In this document: piece by piece, positions 16,215 through 25,653 of the stretch
Layout: each line of letters starts with the position of its first letter
Position numbering within the stretch: the stretch's first letter is position 1
Origin: Phycisphaerales bacterium
GTDB lineage: Bacteria > Planctomycetota > Phycisphaerae > Phycisphaerales > SM1A02
Direction: 5' to 3'
NCBI GenBank assembly: GCA_012965315.1
Contig: DTSO01000030.1
Coordinates: 26,691-90,690, forward strand
Length of the DNA stretch: 64,000 bases
Notes under the pieces: generated by a model
Database searches by the model: none
Told to the model about the DNA's origin: nothing
The model's input: the letters and a program-made list of their open reading frames with translations, nothing else
Program-made: the position numbers and the translations under genes

Positions 16215-19025
16215 ATGCCGACCAGCGCTGCCGACATTCGAAGACAATATATAGAATTTTTCACCGAGAAGTGTGGTCATACCGAGGTTCCATCAAGCCC
16301 AGTCGTGCCGCACGATGACCCAACCTTGCTTTTTACAAATGCTGGGATGAATCAATTTAAAGATGTGTTTCTTGGGCGCGGAAGTAGACCATTCACACGT
16401 GCTGTCGATACCCAAAAATGCATCCGAGCTGGTGGGAAACATAATGACCTTGAAGATGTTGGCCGTGACACCTATCACCACACATTTTTTGAAATGTTAG
16501 GAAACTGGTCGTTCGGTGATTACTTCAAAGAAGAAGCAATCGCATGGGCGTGGGAATTATTTACCGAGGTCTGGGGCCTTGAGAAAGATCGACTATACGT
16601 CACCGTTTTTGCTGGAGATGAAAAAGATGGTTTAGAGCCTGACATCGACGCAGAAAATCTTTGGAAAAAATTGACGGACATCGACCATTCGCACATTACG
16701 CGATGGGATAGAAAAGATAATTTTTGGGAGATGGGAAACACTGGACCATGTGGACCTTGTAGTGAAATTCATTATGACAGTACGCCAGATAAAAGTGGTG
16801 GACATTTAGTAAATTTAGATGACCCAGATGTAATCGAAATTTGGAATTTAGTTTTCATCCAATACAATCGGGGTGACGACGGTACGCTTGCACCATTGCC
16901 AAATCAACATGTTGACACTGGCATGGGACTTGAACGAATCGTACGAGTTTTGCAAGGAAAAAACAGTAATTATGACACTGACTTGTGGACACCTATTTTT
17001 GATTTGATTACAAAACTTACTGGAGCTTCACCATACGCTGGTGGTCTTGAGGACCACACGGACATTGCGTATCGTGTTCTTGCTGATCACATACGTTGCC
17101 TTGTTGTTGCCATTGCAGATGGCGGAAGGCCAGGCTCAGCCGGACGTGAATATGTATTACGAAGAATATTAAGAAGGGGTGTTCGGCACGCACACCAAAC
17201 ATTTAATGTTGACGGTCCCCTGCTTTATAAACTCGTTCCAGCGGTTATTGAAACTCTTGGCGATGTCTTCCCAGAAATATCTAAAAACGAAAAACATATT
17301 ACGCAAGTAATACTTGATGAGGAAGAAGCATTCCTTAAAACGCTCGATCGCGGTTTAGAATTATTTGATAAAGCCGTACAAAACGGTGACGGAAAATCCA
17401 TCGACGCAAAAAGTGCTTTTACTCTGCATGACACGTTTGGTTTTCCAATAGATTTAACTGAAGTTATGGCTGAAGAACGCAACCTCACAGTTGATCGTTC
17501 TGGCTACGAACTTCTCATGGAAGAGGCTCGAGAAACTTCACGTGCTACGACTGAAGATGAAATGAAAATGCATCTACCACCGGAAGTGTTGGGCAAACTT
17601 GAATCTCTAAATATAAATCCAACAGACGATTCACCAAAATTTGGTCGCGGAGTATCTGTTTCAACGGTTAAAGCAATTTGGAATGGCAAGGAACTCGTCG
17701 GCAAGGCGGATGATTCTATGTTATTTGGTGTAATCCTAAACAAAACACCTTTTTATGCAGAACAAGGTGGTCAAGTTGGAGATTGCGGGCATTTAATTAG
17801 GGAACATACCAGCGATCATTCTGAGTCTGACTTCGTCGTTGAAGAAACACATTGTTACGGAGATTACGTTCTGCACGTTGGGCGAGTTTCGGGAAGCTCT
17901 CTTCAAATGGGCGACTCTGTCAATGCTATTGTTCGTGAAAAACAAAGGGTTGCCATAGAAGCAAACCACACTGGAACACATTTGTTAAATCACGCCCTTC
18001 GAGCAACTCTTGGCGACGACATTCAACAACGCGGTTCTCTTGTCGACAAAGATAGACTTCGTTTTGATTTTTCACACTCCCACGCAATGACTGACGATGA
18101 AATTGCAAATATTGAGCAACTTGTAAATAATGCCATTAACTCTGATAGCATTGTTGACGCGAAGAACGTTCCATTGAATCTTGCTCAAGAAATATATGGT
18201 GTACGGGCAGTGTTTGGTGAGCGGTATCCCGACCCAGTTCGAGTTGTGAGCATTGGTGCAACTGTTGATGCACTACTAGAAAATCCAACGAATAAAGCGT
18301 GGTACGAATGTTCCGTAGAATTCTGTGGTGGAACACACGTTCCAAGTTGTGACTCAGTAAAGCATTTCGTAGTTCAACACGAACAAGCGCTAGCTTCTGG
18401 CATCAGAAGAATTATTGCACTTACAGGAGTAGCCGCGATGGCTTCGCATGAAGCGGGCACTTCCTTGCTAAAACAAATCGAAGAGGCAACAAAGTACTCC
18501 GACGATACGCTTGTAAGCCGGCACGAAGAATTACTTCGACAAGTAGATGAACTATCAATTTCACAAACTGCACGACATGCAGCAAATCAACAACTCAAAT
18601 CTCTACACAACCGTGTAAAGAGCATTCAAAAGAATGCTGCATCTTCTCGAAAAGATCATGTACTTGAACAAGCTCGTGTAATTTCAGAATTAAAAGACTC
18701 AATAATTGTCGCCACAATAAATGGTGCGGATAAAGATTCGATGATGGTGGCACTTGACGCAGTTCGTTCAAAGCGACCTGACGGTGCGGTAATGTTATTT
18801 ACTGCTGACGAAGAAGAAGGTAAGGTAATTATTGTGGCTGGTGTAAGTAAAACACTTATTTCTAAAGGACTGAAAGCTGGCGACTGGGTTCGCGTAGCTG
18901 CTGGTGCTTGCGGAGGTGGTGGTGGTGGTAGACCCGACACAGCACAAGCGGGCGGTAAAGAACCTGAAAACGTTCCATCGGCGATGGATACGGCAAGCAC
19001 ATTTGCTTTGGAGGCAACAACATGA
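16215..19025 (+). CDS. alaS: alanine--tRNA ligase
   Basis: FTNAGMNQFK and GNWSFGDYFK class II motifs, editing-domain HTGTHLLN...CGGTHV, and a C-terminal DHHA1 region with a GGGGGRPD loop. ATG 16215 (MPTSAADIRRQYIEFF) is preferred over 16083. Confidence 0.95.
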   Translation: MPTSAADIRRQYIEFFTEKCGHTEVPSSPVVPHDDPTLLFTNAGMNQFKDVFLGRGSRPFTRAVDTQKCIRAGGKHNDLEDVGRDTYHHTFFEMLGNWSFGDYFKEEAIAWAWELFTEVWGLEKDRLYVTVFAGDEKDGLEPDIDAENLWKKLTDIDHSHITRWDRKDNFWEMGNTGPCGPCSEIHYDSTPDKSGGHLVNLDDPDVIEIWNLVFIQYNRGDDGTLAPLPNQHVDTGMGLERIVRVLQGKNSNYDTDLWTPIFDLITKLTGASPYAGGLEDHTDIAYRVLADHIRCLVVAIADGGRPGSAGREYVLRRILRRGVRHAHQTFNVDGPLLYKLVPAVIETLGDVFPEISKNEKHITQVILDEEEAFLKTLDRGLELFDKAVQNGDGKSIDAKSAFTLHDTFGFPIDLTEVMAEERNLTVDRSGYELLMEEARETSRATTEDEMKMHLPPEVLGKLESLNINPTDDSPKFGRGVSVSTVKAIWNGKELVGKADDSMLFGVILNKTPFYAEQGGQVGDCGHLIREHTSDHSESDFVVEETHCYGDYVLHVGRVSGSSLQMGDSVNAIVREKQRVAIEANHTGTHLLNHALRATLGDDIQQRGSLVDKDRLRFDFSHSHAMTDDEIANIEQLVNNAINSDSIVDAKNVPLNLAQEIYGVRAVFGERYPDPVRVVSIGATVDALLENPTNKAWYECSVEFCGGTHVPSCDSVKHFVVQHEQALASGIRRIIALTGVAAMASHEAGTSLLKQIEEATKYSDDTLVSRHEELLRQVDELSISQTARHAANQQLKSLHNRVKSIQKNAASSRKDHVLEQARVISELKDSIIVATINGADKDSMMVALDAVRSKRPDGAVMLFTADEEEGKVIIVAGVSKTLISKGLKAGDWVRVAAGACGGGGGGRPDTAQAGGKEPENVPSAMDTASTFALEATT

Positions 19026-19372
19026 CTGAAGAAAAACCAAACGAAGAAACAAACTTGCAGGAAACTGAAGCACTTGAAACAAAAAACGAAGGTGTTCCAC
19101 ATTTTATAACCCCCCTTCACCCAATTGTTCTGCAAGTAGGTGAACATGTTATTGCTGCATTGGAAGAAGAGGATACAGTTGCTGTTCTAACAACAATAAC
19201 CGGTTCAACTATAGGTCAACAGGTAATTTCTATCCCACTTAAAGCAGAACACGTACAACAGGTGCATCAATTGATAGAGCAAATTCACGAGAGCAAAGAA
19301 CCCGAACGAGTTCCATGTGTTGGGTTTCATTGTTTACTCGATGAAGATGTGGACAAGGAACCTAAAAAATGA
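19022..19372 (+). CDS. hypothetical acidic protein, 116 aa
   Basis: The ORF is joined by ATGA stop/start overlaps to alaS upstream and to the TIM-barrel gene downstream. No family recognised. Confidence 0.5.
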   Translation: MTEEKPNEETNLQETEALETKNEGVPHFITPLHPIVLQVGEHVIAALEEEDTVAVLTTITGSTIGQQVISIPLKAEHVQQVHQLIEQIHESKEPERVPCVGFHCLLDEDVDKEPKK

Positions 19373-20205
19373 AACCAACATTATTTAACATTTCTCTTGC
19401 GCAGTGGTCCCTCCACCGTGCATTTCAAAGTGGGTATCTCCAGTCTATTGATTTTCCAAGAATTACAAAAGAACAATTTGGAATTAACGCTGTTGAGTAT
19501 GTCAATAGTTTTTTTCCTGACCGTTTGCCTAAAGTCGACTTTGTTAACGACTTAAAAACTCGTTGCAGTGATTATGGAGTTTTAAGTTTACTCATCATGT
19601 GTGATGGCGAAGGACATCTTGGCAACCCTGATGAAGTGGCGCGCAACCAAGCTGTTGAAAATCATTACAAATGGGTGGATGCCGCTGTTGAACTTGGTTG
19701 CCATTCCATCAGAGTTAATGCTCAGTCATCCGGCAGTTATGAAGAACAACAAAAACTTGCTGCAGACGGTTTAAGAAAGCTCTCTGAGTTTGGTGACACT
19801 AAAAAAATTAATGTCATTGTCGAAAATCACGGCGGACTAAGTTCAAATGGATCTTGGCTTGCCGGTGTTATTAAAATGGTTGACAACCCGCGCTGTGGCA
19901 CACTTCCAGACTTCGGTAATTTTATTTTAGACTGGGGAACGCGTGAAGAATATGACAGGTATAAAGGCGTTCGCGAATTAATGCCTTACGCCAAAGCTGT
20001 AAGTGCAAAATCTCACGACTTTGGTGCTGATGGTAATGAATTGCATACTGATTATGAAAAAATGATTGGCATTGTTCTCGATGCTGGGTATCGAGGATGG
20101 ATTGGCATTGAGTATGAGGGTGGAAAAATTGGCGAGTTTGAAGGAATTATTCGTACTAAAGATTTATTAGAAAAAGTTAGAGCCAGCAAAGAGGAAACGG
20201 CATGA
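19369..20205 (+). CDS. sugar phosphate isomerase/epimerase (xylose isomerase-like TIM barrel)
   Basis: 278 aa. The pattern ...HSIRVNA...VIVENHGG...LPDFGNF...IGIEYEG is typical of the AP-endonuclease-2/xylose-isomerase-like TIM barrel family. Confidence 0.75.
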   Translation: MKPTLFNISLAQWSLHRAFQSGYLQSIDFPRITKEQFGINAVEYVNSFFPDRLPKVDFVNDLKTRCSDYGVLSLLIMCDGEGHLGNPDEVARNQAVENHYKWVDAAVELGCHSIRVNAQSSGSYEEQQKLAADGLRKLSEFGDTKKINVIVENHGGLSSNGSWLAGVIKMVDNPRCGTLPDFGNFILDWGTREEYDRYKGVRELMPYAKAVSAKSHDFGADGNELHTDYEKMIGIVLDAGYRGWIGIEYEGGKIGEFEGIIRTKDLLEKVRASKEETA

Positions 20206-21227
20206 AAGCTGCAGTAATTAAAAGCGAGGGAACTCCTGTTGCAAACAATGTTCAGTTTGTAAATGATTGGAATGAACTTACTCCCAAACAGAACGAAGTT
20301 TTAGTAAAAACTGAAGCATCCGCACTCAACCATCTCGACCTTTGGGTTGGCATAGGCATGCCGGGCCTAGGTCTTGAATACCCACGAATAAGTGGCTCAG
20401 ACGGGTGTGGAATTGTTTCGGCTGTGGGCGAGGGAGTGGACGCATCGTGGTTAGGAAAGCGCGTTTTATTAAATGCTGCTGTTTTGCAACCCGAAAAAAA
20501 TCTTCCTGCTGTTAGCCCATCTACCGAAGATATCCGAATGATTGGTGAACACGACCACGGAACAAACGCAGAGTTTTTTGTTGCGCCTGTTGCCAATGTT
20601 CTTGACGTTGGCGATGTTGATCCAGTACAAGCTGCTGCTTTTGGTCTTGCACATTTAACTGCCTGGCGAATGCTTGTTACACGCGCACAGTTACGCGCAG
20701 GGCAAACTGTTTTAATTACCGGTATTGGTGGTGGTGCGGCACTTGCTGCGTTCAACATTTGCAAGCTTTTTGGTTGCAACACAATTGTTACCTCAAGGCA
20801 CCAATGGAAACTTGACCGTGCAATTGGACTTGGCGCAAACTATGCGATACTTGACGAGGGTGAAGATTGGTCAAAAACTGTGAGAGGGTTGACCGGAAAA
20901 CGCGGAGTTGATGTTTGTGTCGATTCTGTTGGTGGACCACTTCACCTTCAGTGCATTAAAACACTTTCTCGTGGCGGTACACTTGTTACTTGCGGATGCA
21001 CCGCTGGTGCAGCCACAAAAACTGATCTTGCAAGAATTTTCTGGAACCAACTTTCAATACTTGGTTCAACGATGGGCGACATGCATGAATTTCGTGAAGT
21101 TGTTGCACTCTTTAAAAATGGCATGAAGCCTGTCGTCGATTCAATTCACGATGCTGCCGACGCTTCTGTAGCATTCGCTCGACTAGAATCTGGCGAGCAA
21201 TTCGGCAAAATCATTATTCGCTGGTAA
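20202..21227 (+). CDS. zinc-type/MDR alcohol dehydrogenase superfamily oxidoreductase (quinone oxidoreductase-like)
   Basis: GroES-like N-domain followed by a Rossmann [10 protein letters not shown] motif. The C-terminal FGKIII end is typical of MDR family members. Confidence 0.8.
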   Translation: MKAAVIKSEGTPVANNVQFVNDWNELTPKQNEVLVKTEASALNHLDLWVGIGMPGLGLEYPRISGSDGCGIVSAVGEGVDASWLGKRVLLNAAVLQPEKNLPAVSPSTEDIRMIGEHDHGTNAEFFVAPVANVLDVGDVDPVQAAAFGLAHLTAWRMLVTRAQLRAGQTVLITGIGGGAALAAFNICKLFGCNTIVTSRHQWKLDRAIGLGANYAILDEGEDWSKTVRGLTGKRGVDVCVDSVGGPLHLQCIKTLSRGGTLVTCGCTAGAATKTDLARIFWNQLSILGSTMGDMHEFREVVALFKNGMKPVVDSIHDAADASVAFARLESGEQFGKIIIRW

Positions 21228-21261
21228 TACTTTTGGGACAGTCCCAGAAAATCCAAAAAAC

Positions 21262-21290
21262 AACTGCCCTCATCTCCGATGAGGGCAGTT
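21262..21290. terminator. 12-bp perfect hairpin, probable bidirectional intrinsic terminator
   Basis: AACTGCCCTCAT (21262-21273) pairs with ATGAGGGCAGTT (21279-21290), loop CTCCG. On the minus strand it is followed by GTTGTTTTTTGG. It lies between convergent genes 20202..21227 (+) and 21402..21635 (-). Confidence 0.65.
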
Positions 21291-21401
21291 GCGGCTAGGT
21301 ATTCTTAATCTGTCAAAAGACAGTGGTTTGTTGCCTGATACCAATCCATCCTTGGATTAGGAGGCACATGCGAAGTAAACTTCGCTATCAATCATAAACT
21401 T

Positions 21402-21635
21402 TTATGCAGTTCGGCGATTGAAAAGGGAAAGAACAATAACAAGAGCGATTAGGCCGACGAATCCGCCTGCGCTAAACTCAGTGATAAGGCCCGTTAAGCG
21501 GCCAACCATACCCGAGAAAAAGTTGTCGTTACCAGCCCAAATTACTTGAGCTAATACACCTACAGCGATGAAGATTAACATAAGGTCAATGAAGCCCCAT
21601 GCCCATGCTTTAATAGTATCTAATGCGTTTTTCAT
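21402..21635 (-). CDS. hypothetical small membrane protein, 77 aa, two predicted TM helices
   Basis: AAGGAG lies 9 nt upstream of the ATG. There are two hydrophobic stretches (GFIDLMLIFIAVGVLAQVIW and GGFVGLIALVIVLSLF). No family recognised. Confidence 0.6.
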   Translation of the reverse strand: MKNALDTIKAWAWGFIDLMLIFIAVGVLAQVIWAGNDNFFSGMVGRLTGLITEFSAGGFVGLIALVIVLSLFNRRTA

Positions 21636-21886
21636 AATAGAGATCTCCTTAGTTTCCGTGAACCCAGCCTGTTGTGGCCTAACTAGCCATCCCTGACAAT
21701 TTGGACCACAACGCGGGTCCTTGGGATTTATGACTTATCGGCACAAGGCGCAAATTCACCACAGGTTTACGTCCGATTTTGTTTAGACAAGAAACCCAAA
21801 AGTACATAAGTCCTTAATCTAAAAAGGTTTACAATTTCACTATTTTTCAAAAAAAACATGTTTTGCGAGCAAATTGCGTGTTTTAC

Positions 21887-22531
21887 TTAACAAAATCGCT
21901 CTCGAATTGCATTTTGAACAGCTAATTCAACGGTATCTTCACGCTGTGTGGAATCAATGACGCAATATCGTTCCGGCATCGCTCGAACTTGGTCCAAAAA
22001 CCCCTCTCTGACCTTGAAATGGAAGTTTTTTCCTTTTAATTCCATTCTATCGAGCAGTGGATTTAACCGCCCAGCCGCTGTTACGTCGTCAACATCCAAA
22101 ATGAGCGTTAAATCTGGCCAATTCCCAGAAACAGCCACCTCTGCTACTTGTTGAATCCATTCTTTAGGCAATCCACCCGCTGCGCCCTGATACGCCAGAG
22201 TAGCGCTAACAAATCTGTCTGCAACAACTAGCTCGCCTCTCTTTAGAGATGGAACAATCTCTTGCTCGACTAATTGAGCTCTGCTAGCCATATATAGAAG
22301 CATTTCGCACTGAATAGTCATGCACTCATTATCCGTATCGAGCAAAACTTGTCTAATTTGTTCCCCGATGGAAGTTCCGCCTGGCTCACGAACTTCTTTG
22401 ACTACCACCCCGCCCTCTCTGCACCAATGCATAAATCGACGCATTTGCGTTGATTTACCAGAACCGTCTGGGCCGTCGAAAACAATAAATTTACCCGCTA
22501 ATGCAGATGCAATTTCGTTCATGTGCTGCAC
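21887..22531 (-). CDS. tmk: thymidylate kinase
   Basis: P-loop FIVFDGPDGSGKST, a DRF motif (VADRFVSATLAYQG) and a lid region. Confidence 0.92.
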   Translation of the reverse strand: MQHMNEIASALAGKFIVFDGPDGSGKSTQMRRFMHWCREGGVVVKEVREPGGTSIGEQIRQVLLDTDNECMTIQCEMLLYMASRAQLVEQEIVPSLKRGELVVADRFVSATLAYQGAAGGLPKEWIQQVAEVAVSGNWPDLTLILDVDDVTAAGRLNPLLDRMELKGKNFHFKVREGFLDQVRAMPERYCVIDSTQREDTVELAVQNAIRERFC

Positions 22532-22582
22532 TATCGTGCAATGCGACTATCTTTGCAAGGGGTGATGGTTACCATGTGAGAA

Positions 22583-23029
22583 ATGCTTGTCAAACTGCAC
22601 CAAGATGGACGAAAAACAGACCAATTTTCGATTGCAATTGAACAGCGTCCATCGAAAGTTCGGCTTGAACAAAGTGGCGACGATATTTTCCTTGATTGGA
22701 ATTCGACCGTTGATGACTCGGGGCGATTGCGAGCTTGTGTGTTGTGTCGAGGTGATGTGTTTCGAGAACGAACTTTCCCTCAAATAACTGCCATCGTTAT
22801 TGTTCTAGCGTTTGCCGGTGGTGTTGCGGGGTTGCTTGGTCTAGTAACAACGTGGCTAATGCTCATTGCGATGATTAGTGTTCTTCTCATAGACATCATT
22901 ATCCTAATTTTTAGTTTCAATCGACTCGTTTGTTACAAATGTGAAACGAGATATAGCAAGTTAACCATTGCGCCATACCACCAAAAATGGGATCTGGACC
23001 GCAGTAAGCAAGTACAACGCGTCAGTTAG
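22583..23029 (+). CDS. hypothetical membrane protein with CxxC pairs flanking two TM helices
   Basis: CVLCRGD ... two hydrophobic helices ... CYKCETRY. No family recognised. Confidence 0.5.
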   Translation: MLVKLHQDGRKTDQFSIAIEQRPSKVRLEQSGDDIFLDWNSTVDDSGRLRACVLCRGDVFRERTFPQITAIVIVLAFAGGVAGLLGLVTTWLMLIAMISVLLIDIIILIFSFNRLVCYKCETRYSKLTIAPYHQKWDLDRSKQVQRVS

Positions 23030-23032
23030 TTT

Positions 23033-23563
23033 TTAAATAATCCACATGCCAACGTGTGCGCCAAGCCAAAGCAATAACACACCGATTGTGCAACCGATAG
23101 TAAACACCGCTGCTTCTCGAATAGTAATTCCAAAAAAACCAACCATCGCAATGCAACAAAGTACAAACTGAGAAGTGGACAAAAGCAAAATGCGAGCGAC
23201 GCCGTGGTCCATTTGTACAACGCGCACTGCTTCAATTAAAGAAACCGTTGCCAAACAACGCAGTGCCACGATGGGTAAATTGCCAAATGTACGACGCACA
23301 CGCCAACAATTAATTCTAACCGCAGCAAGAAACAACAAAGAAAAAACAACCAACCGAACAAGTTCCCGCCAAAACTCTTGCAATCCAATTTCAACGGTGA
23401 CCTCGATTCCGCTTTTGTAAAGCCCTGTTGCTCCAGTAAAAATGCCGTAGAGCACAATTCCAAAACCTACTGCTGCAATGGTGGTTGGTAACCAAATGCC
23501 GCCTCGATTTGTTTTACTAGATGTTGCATTAATATTTGCTTGTTCGTTGCTTGAATCTGTCAT
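23033..23563 (-). CDS. hypothetical polytopic membrane protein, 176 aa
   Basis: Four to five hydrophobic segments. No family recognised. Confidence 0.5.
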   Translation of the reverse strand: MTDSSNEQANINATSSKTNRGGIWLPTTIAAVGFGIVLYGIFTGATGLYKSGIEVTVEIGLQEFWRELVRLVVFSLLFLAAVRINCWRVRRTFGNLPIVALRCLATVSLIEAVRVVQMDHGVARILLLSTSQFVLCCIAMVGFFGITIREAAVFTIGCTIGVLLLWLGAHVGMWII

Positions 23564-23592
23564 TTATGTTTCTCGATAGGTACAGTACCGCA

Positions 23593-24516
23593 ATGACACA
23601 ACATATATATAGTCTTGCTTCAATTTTTATCTTATCTCTCACAGTATTCGGCGATGTCATAGTGCTAACAAGTGGCGAACAACTTGAAGGTACTATCAAA
23701 AGTCAAGATGGTCAGTTCGTTCATGTGCAACACGCGATTTTGGGAGACATTTCAATTGAGTTAAAAAACATCACTACCCTAAATGGTGAACGCTTACCCG
23801 AGTCAAGCGCAATTGCACCCGATGAAGAGCCAGAAGAAAACCATGATGACACACTCTGGAACCAATCTATAAATGTTGGGCTCGGTATTCAGAATGGACA
23901 AAAAAATACTTCTGACTTATCTACTGCCTACCACGCAGATAGAACTAAAGACGAGCACAAAGTTGCCTTTGACATCCGTTATAAAATGTCAAAAACAGAT
24001 GGTGAGCGTACATTGAATCGTTTTGCTAGTTCGTGGGGAAACACTTGGTATCAAACTGATAGCCCTTGGGATGTTTTTACTACGTTGCAGTTTGATTGGG
24101 CAGAATTTCAATCGTGGGATCAACGTCTTGTTGGCGACTTAGGCGTGGAATACGAAGTATTGAAAACAATAGAAAATAATGAAGAATTTACGCTAACACT
24201 TCGTCTTGGTAGTGGCTTTAGAAAAGAGTTTCAGTCGAACAATGACCACTTAATTCCGGAGGGTTTGCTCGGTGTTGGGGTTAATTGGGTTGTTTCAGAT
24301 AAACAAACGCTTACCGCTTCAACAACTTGGTATCCAGATTACGACGATGTTTCAAATTACCGTTTAGTTACAAATGCTTCGTGGAATTTACAAATGAGCA
24401 ACATCGAAAACATCCAGTTTTCAATTGGTTTTCATCATGAATACAATTCCCAAGTTGATGCTGGTGTAGATAATTCTGATCTACAACTCACCGCAGGGAT
24501 CAATTACTCTTTCTAG
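23593..24516 (+). CDS. DUF481-type (YdiY-like) outer-membrane beta-barrel protein
   Basis: Signal-like N-terminus (IYSLASIFILSLTVFG), alternating-hydrophobic beta-strand pattern rich in aromatic girdle residues, and a terminal ...GINYSF typical of OMP C-termini. ATG 23593 is preferred over 23536. Confidence 0.65.
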   Translation: MTQHIYSLASIFILSLTVFGDVIVLTSGEQLEGTIKSQDGQFVHVQHAILGDISIELKNITTLNGERLPESSAIAPDEEPEENHDDTLWNQSINVGLGIQNGQKNTSDLSTAYHADRTKDEHKVAFDIRYKMSKTDGERTLNRFASSWGNTWYQTDSPWDVFTTLQFDWAEFQSWDQRLVGDLGVEYEVLKTIENNEEFTLTLRLGSGFRKEFQSNNDHLIPEGLLGVGVNWVVSDKQTLTASTTWYPDYDDVSNYRLVTNASWNLQMSNIENIQFSIGFHHEYNSQVDAGVDNSDLQLTAGINYSF

Positions 24517-24689
24517 ATAACCTGTAAAATCCTGTAAATTAGCGCGTTTTGCAACACTAGAAGCGATTATCCTCATTTTGGTGTTGTACGAATACGCTCT
24601 GATGATGGCATAAACCACAATAATCACAATTTAATAAAAAAATATTGATATTCGTTGACCATATTCGATTGAGGTGCATAGTAGTAGTA

Positions 24690-24914
24690 ATGAAACAAGA
24701 AACTCGAAAAGAAATGCTTCAAAACTTATTGTCTCATAAGAGTCATAAAGTTGCTGTTCGTACAGCGAAAACACCTTCAAGTTGTTTTATGGCCTCATAT
24801 CGTTGTTGTACAAAAGGCGAATGGAAGCAAGCTGCAACACAATTCGCTTTTACGATGAACCTCATTTGGTCAATCATCGTAAATCCCATAGCGGGAGCAA
24901 ATCGGAAAAACTGA
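24690..24914 (+). other. unassigned unit: either a 74-codon ORF (basic peptide with hydrophobic C-terminus) or part of a non-coding leader/sRNA
   Basis: ATG 24690 opens MKQETRKEMLQNLLSHKSHKVAVRTAKTPSSCFMASYRCCTKGEWKQAATQFAFTMNLIWSIIVNPIAGANRKN. GAGGTG lies 13 nt upstream. The region is bounded by TTGACC (24655-24660) and an intrinsic terminator (24942-24972). Coding status is unresolved. Confidence 0.3.
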
Positions 24915-24941
24915 GTAACTACTCAAAACCAAACACCGACA

Positions 24942-24972
24942 AGCCCCGCCTAACCAAGACGGGGCTTTTTTT
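24942..24972 (+). terminator. rho-independent terminator
   Basis: AGCCCCG (24942-24948) pairs with CGGGGCT (24960-24966), 11-nt loop, then a run of 7 T (24966-24972). Confidence 0.75.
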
Positions 24973-24986
24973 AAGAATAGATACAC

Positions 24987-25649
24987 ATGAACTCACCAAT
25001 AAACAACCAAAACGAAACTGAAAAGTGGAACAATGCAAAACCATCTCTTGCTTCAATGGTCAGCACTCTGCGAATTAAGTTAACCACTACCACTGATGGA
25101 TGGTGTGTCGATATTTCCTCACTCACTCCTTGCGATGCCATGATGGCTCTCGCTCGAGAAGATTTGTTGGAAGGTGCGACCATCCTCTGTGGTGATGGTG
25201 AAACAAAGTGGGTTGCATGCATATACGGACCCATCGAAGCTGGCGATGCACACGCAATTGTGCATGAAGTTTCTACATCGGTTTCGCCTCTTTGCGCAGA
25301 CTTCAGAATGCAGTCCGTTGTTACATCTAAACTTGATGAAGGAATATCGGCGCATGTTCGCGAGTATGACGACGCGCTTATGCTCGCAGCAACTACCTTA
25401 GCTCGATACATGAGCGATATAACTGGCGAAAGTGTTAACGAGCCAGACTTAGGTGTTATGGACTCACTCCTCCATAAAACTGGAACCATTTCAATCAAAC
25501 CTATCGACACTGAAGTATTCGCTTCATTCATAGATGTTGGTATCTCAACCGCGTGCCCTACAGACCCCGCAGATTCGTCCGTTATCTATGACATCCACTC
25601 TGATTCGTTTGTGCATGGCTACGTAGTGCCATGTACTTTCCTCCCTTGA
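24987..25649 (+). CDS. hypothetical strongly acidic orphan protein, 220 aa
   Basis: The ORF is followed immediately by a strong terminator. By hand count it has about 30 D/E against about 12 K/R. No signal peptide, no recognised motif. The antisense ORF 24971..25531 is Ser-rich and looks like a shadow. Confidence 0.6.
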   Translation: MNSPINNQNETEKWNNAKPSLASMVSTLRIKLTTTTDGWCVDISSLTPCDAMMALAREDLLEGATILCGDGETKWVACIYGPIEAGDAHAIVHEVSTSVSPLCADFRMQSVVTSKLDEGISAHVREYDDALMLAATTLARYMSDITGESVNEPDLGVMDSLLHKTGTISIKPIDTEVFASFIDVGISTACPTDPADSSVIYDIHSDSFVHGYVVPCTFLP

Positions 25650-25653
25650 TTGG

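Noticed and set aside
21841-21886. Palindrome AAACATGTTT followed by T8 (minus strand) as a strong terminator for tmk
   Set aside because: The palindrome has no loop and the adjacent helix is weak. It may contribute to termination, but the evidence is too thin to list it as a feature.
24665-24870. Possible lysine (L-box) riboswitch, suggested by GAGGTGC...AGTA and a TGAGGT/ACCTCA closing helix
   Set aside because: The other conserved L-box cores (GCCGAAG, CUGUCAC, GUGGAGAGC-type 3' end) are absent. The similarity is limited to one short motif.
24971-25531. 186-aa minus-strand ORF overlapping the 220-aa plus-strand ORF
   Set aside because: It is a Ser/Ala-rich, low-information translation typical of an antisense shadow frame. 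The plus-strand ORF is the one followed by a matching-orientation intrinsic terminator.
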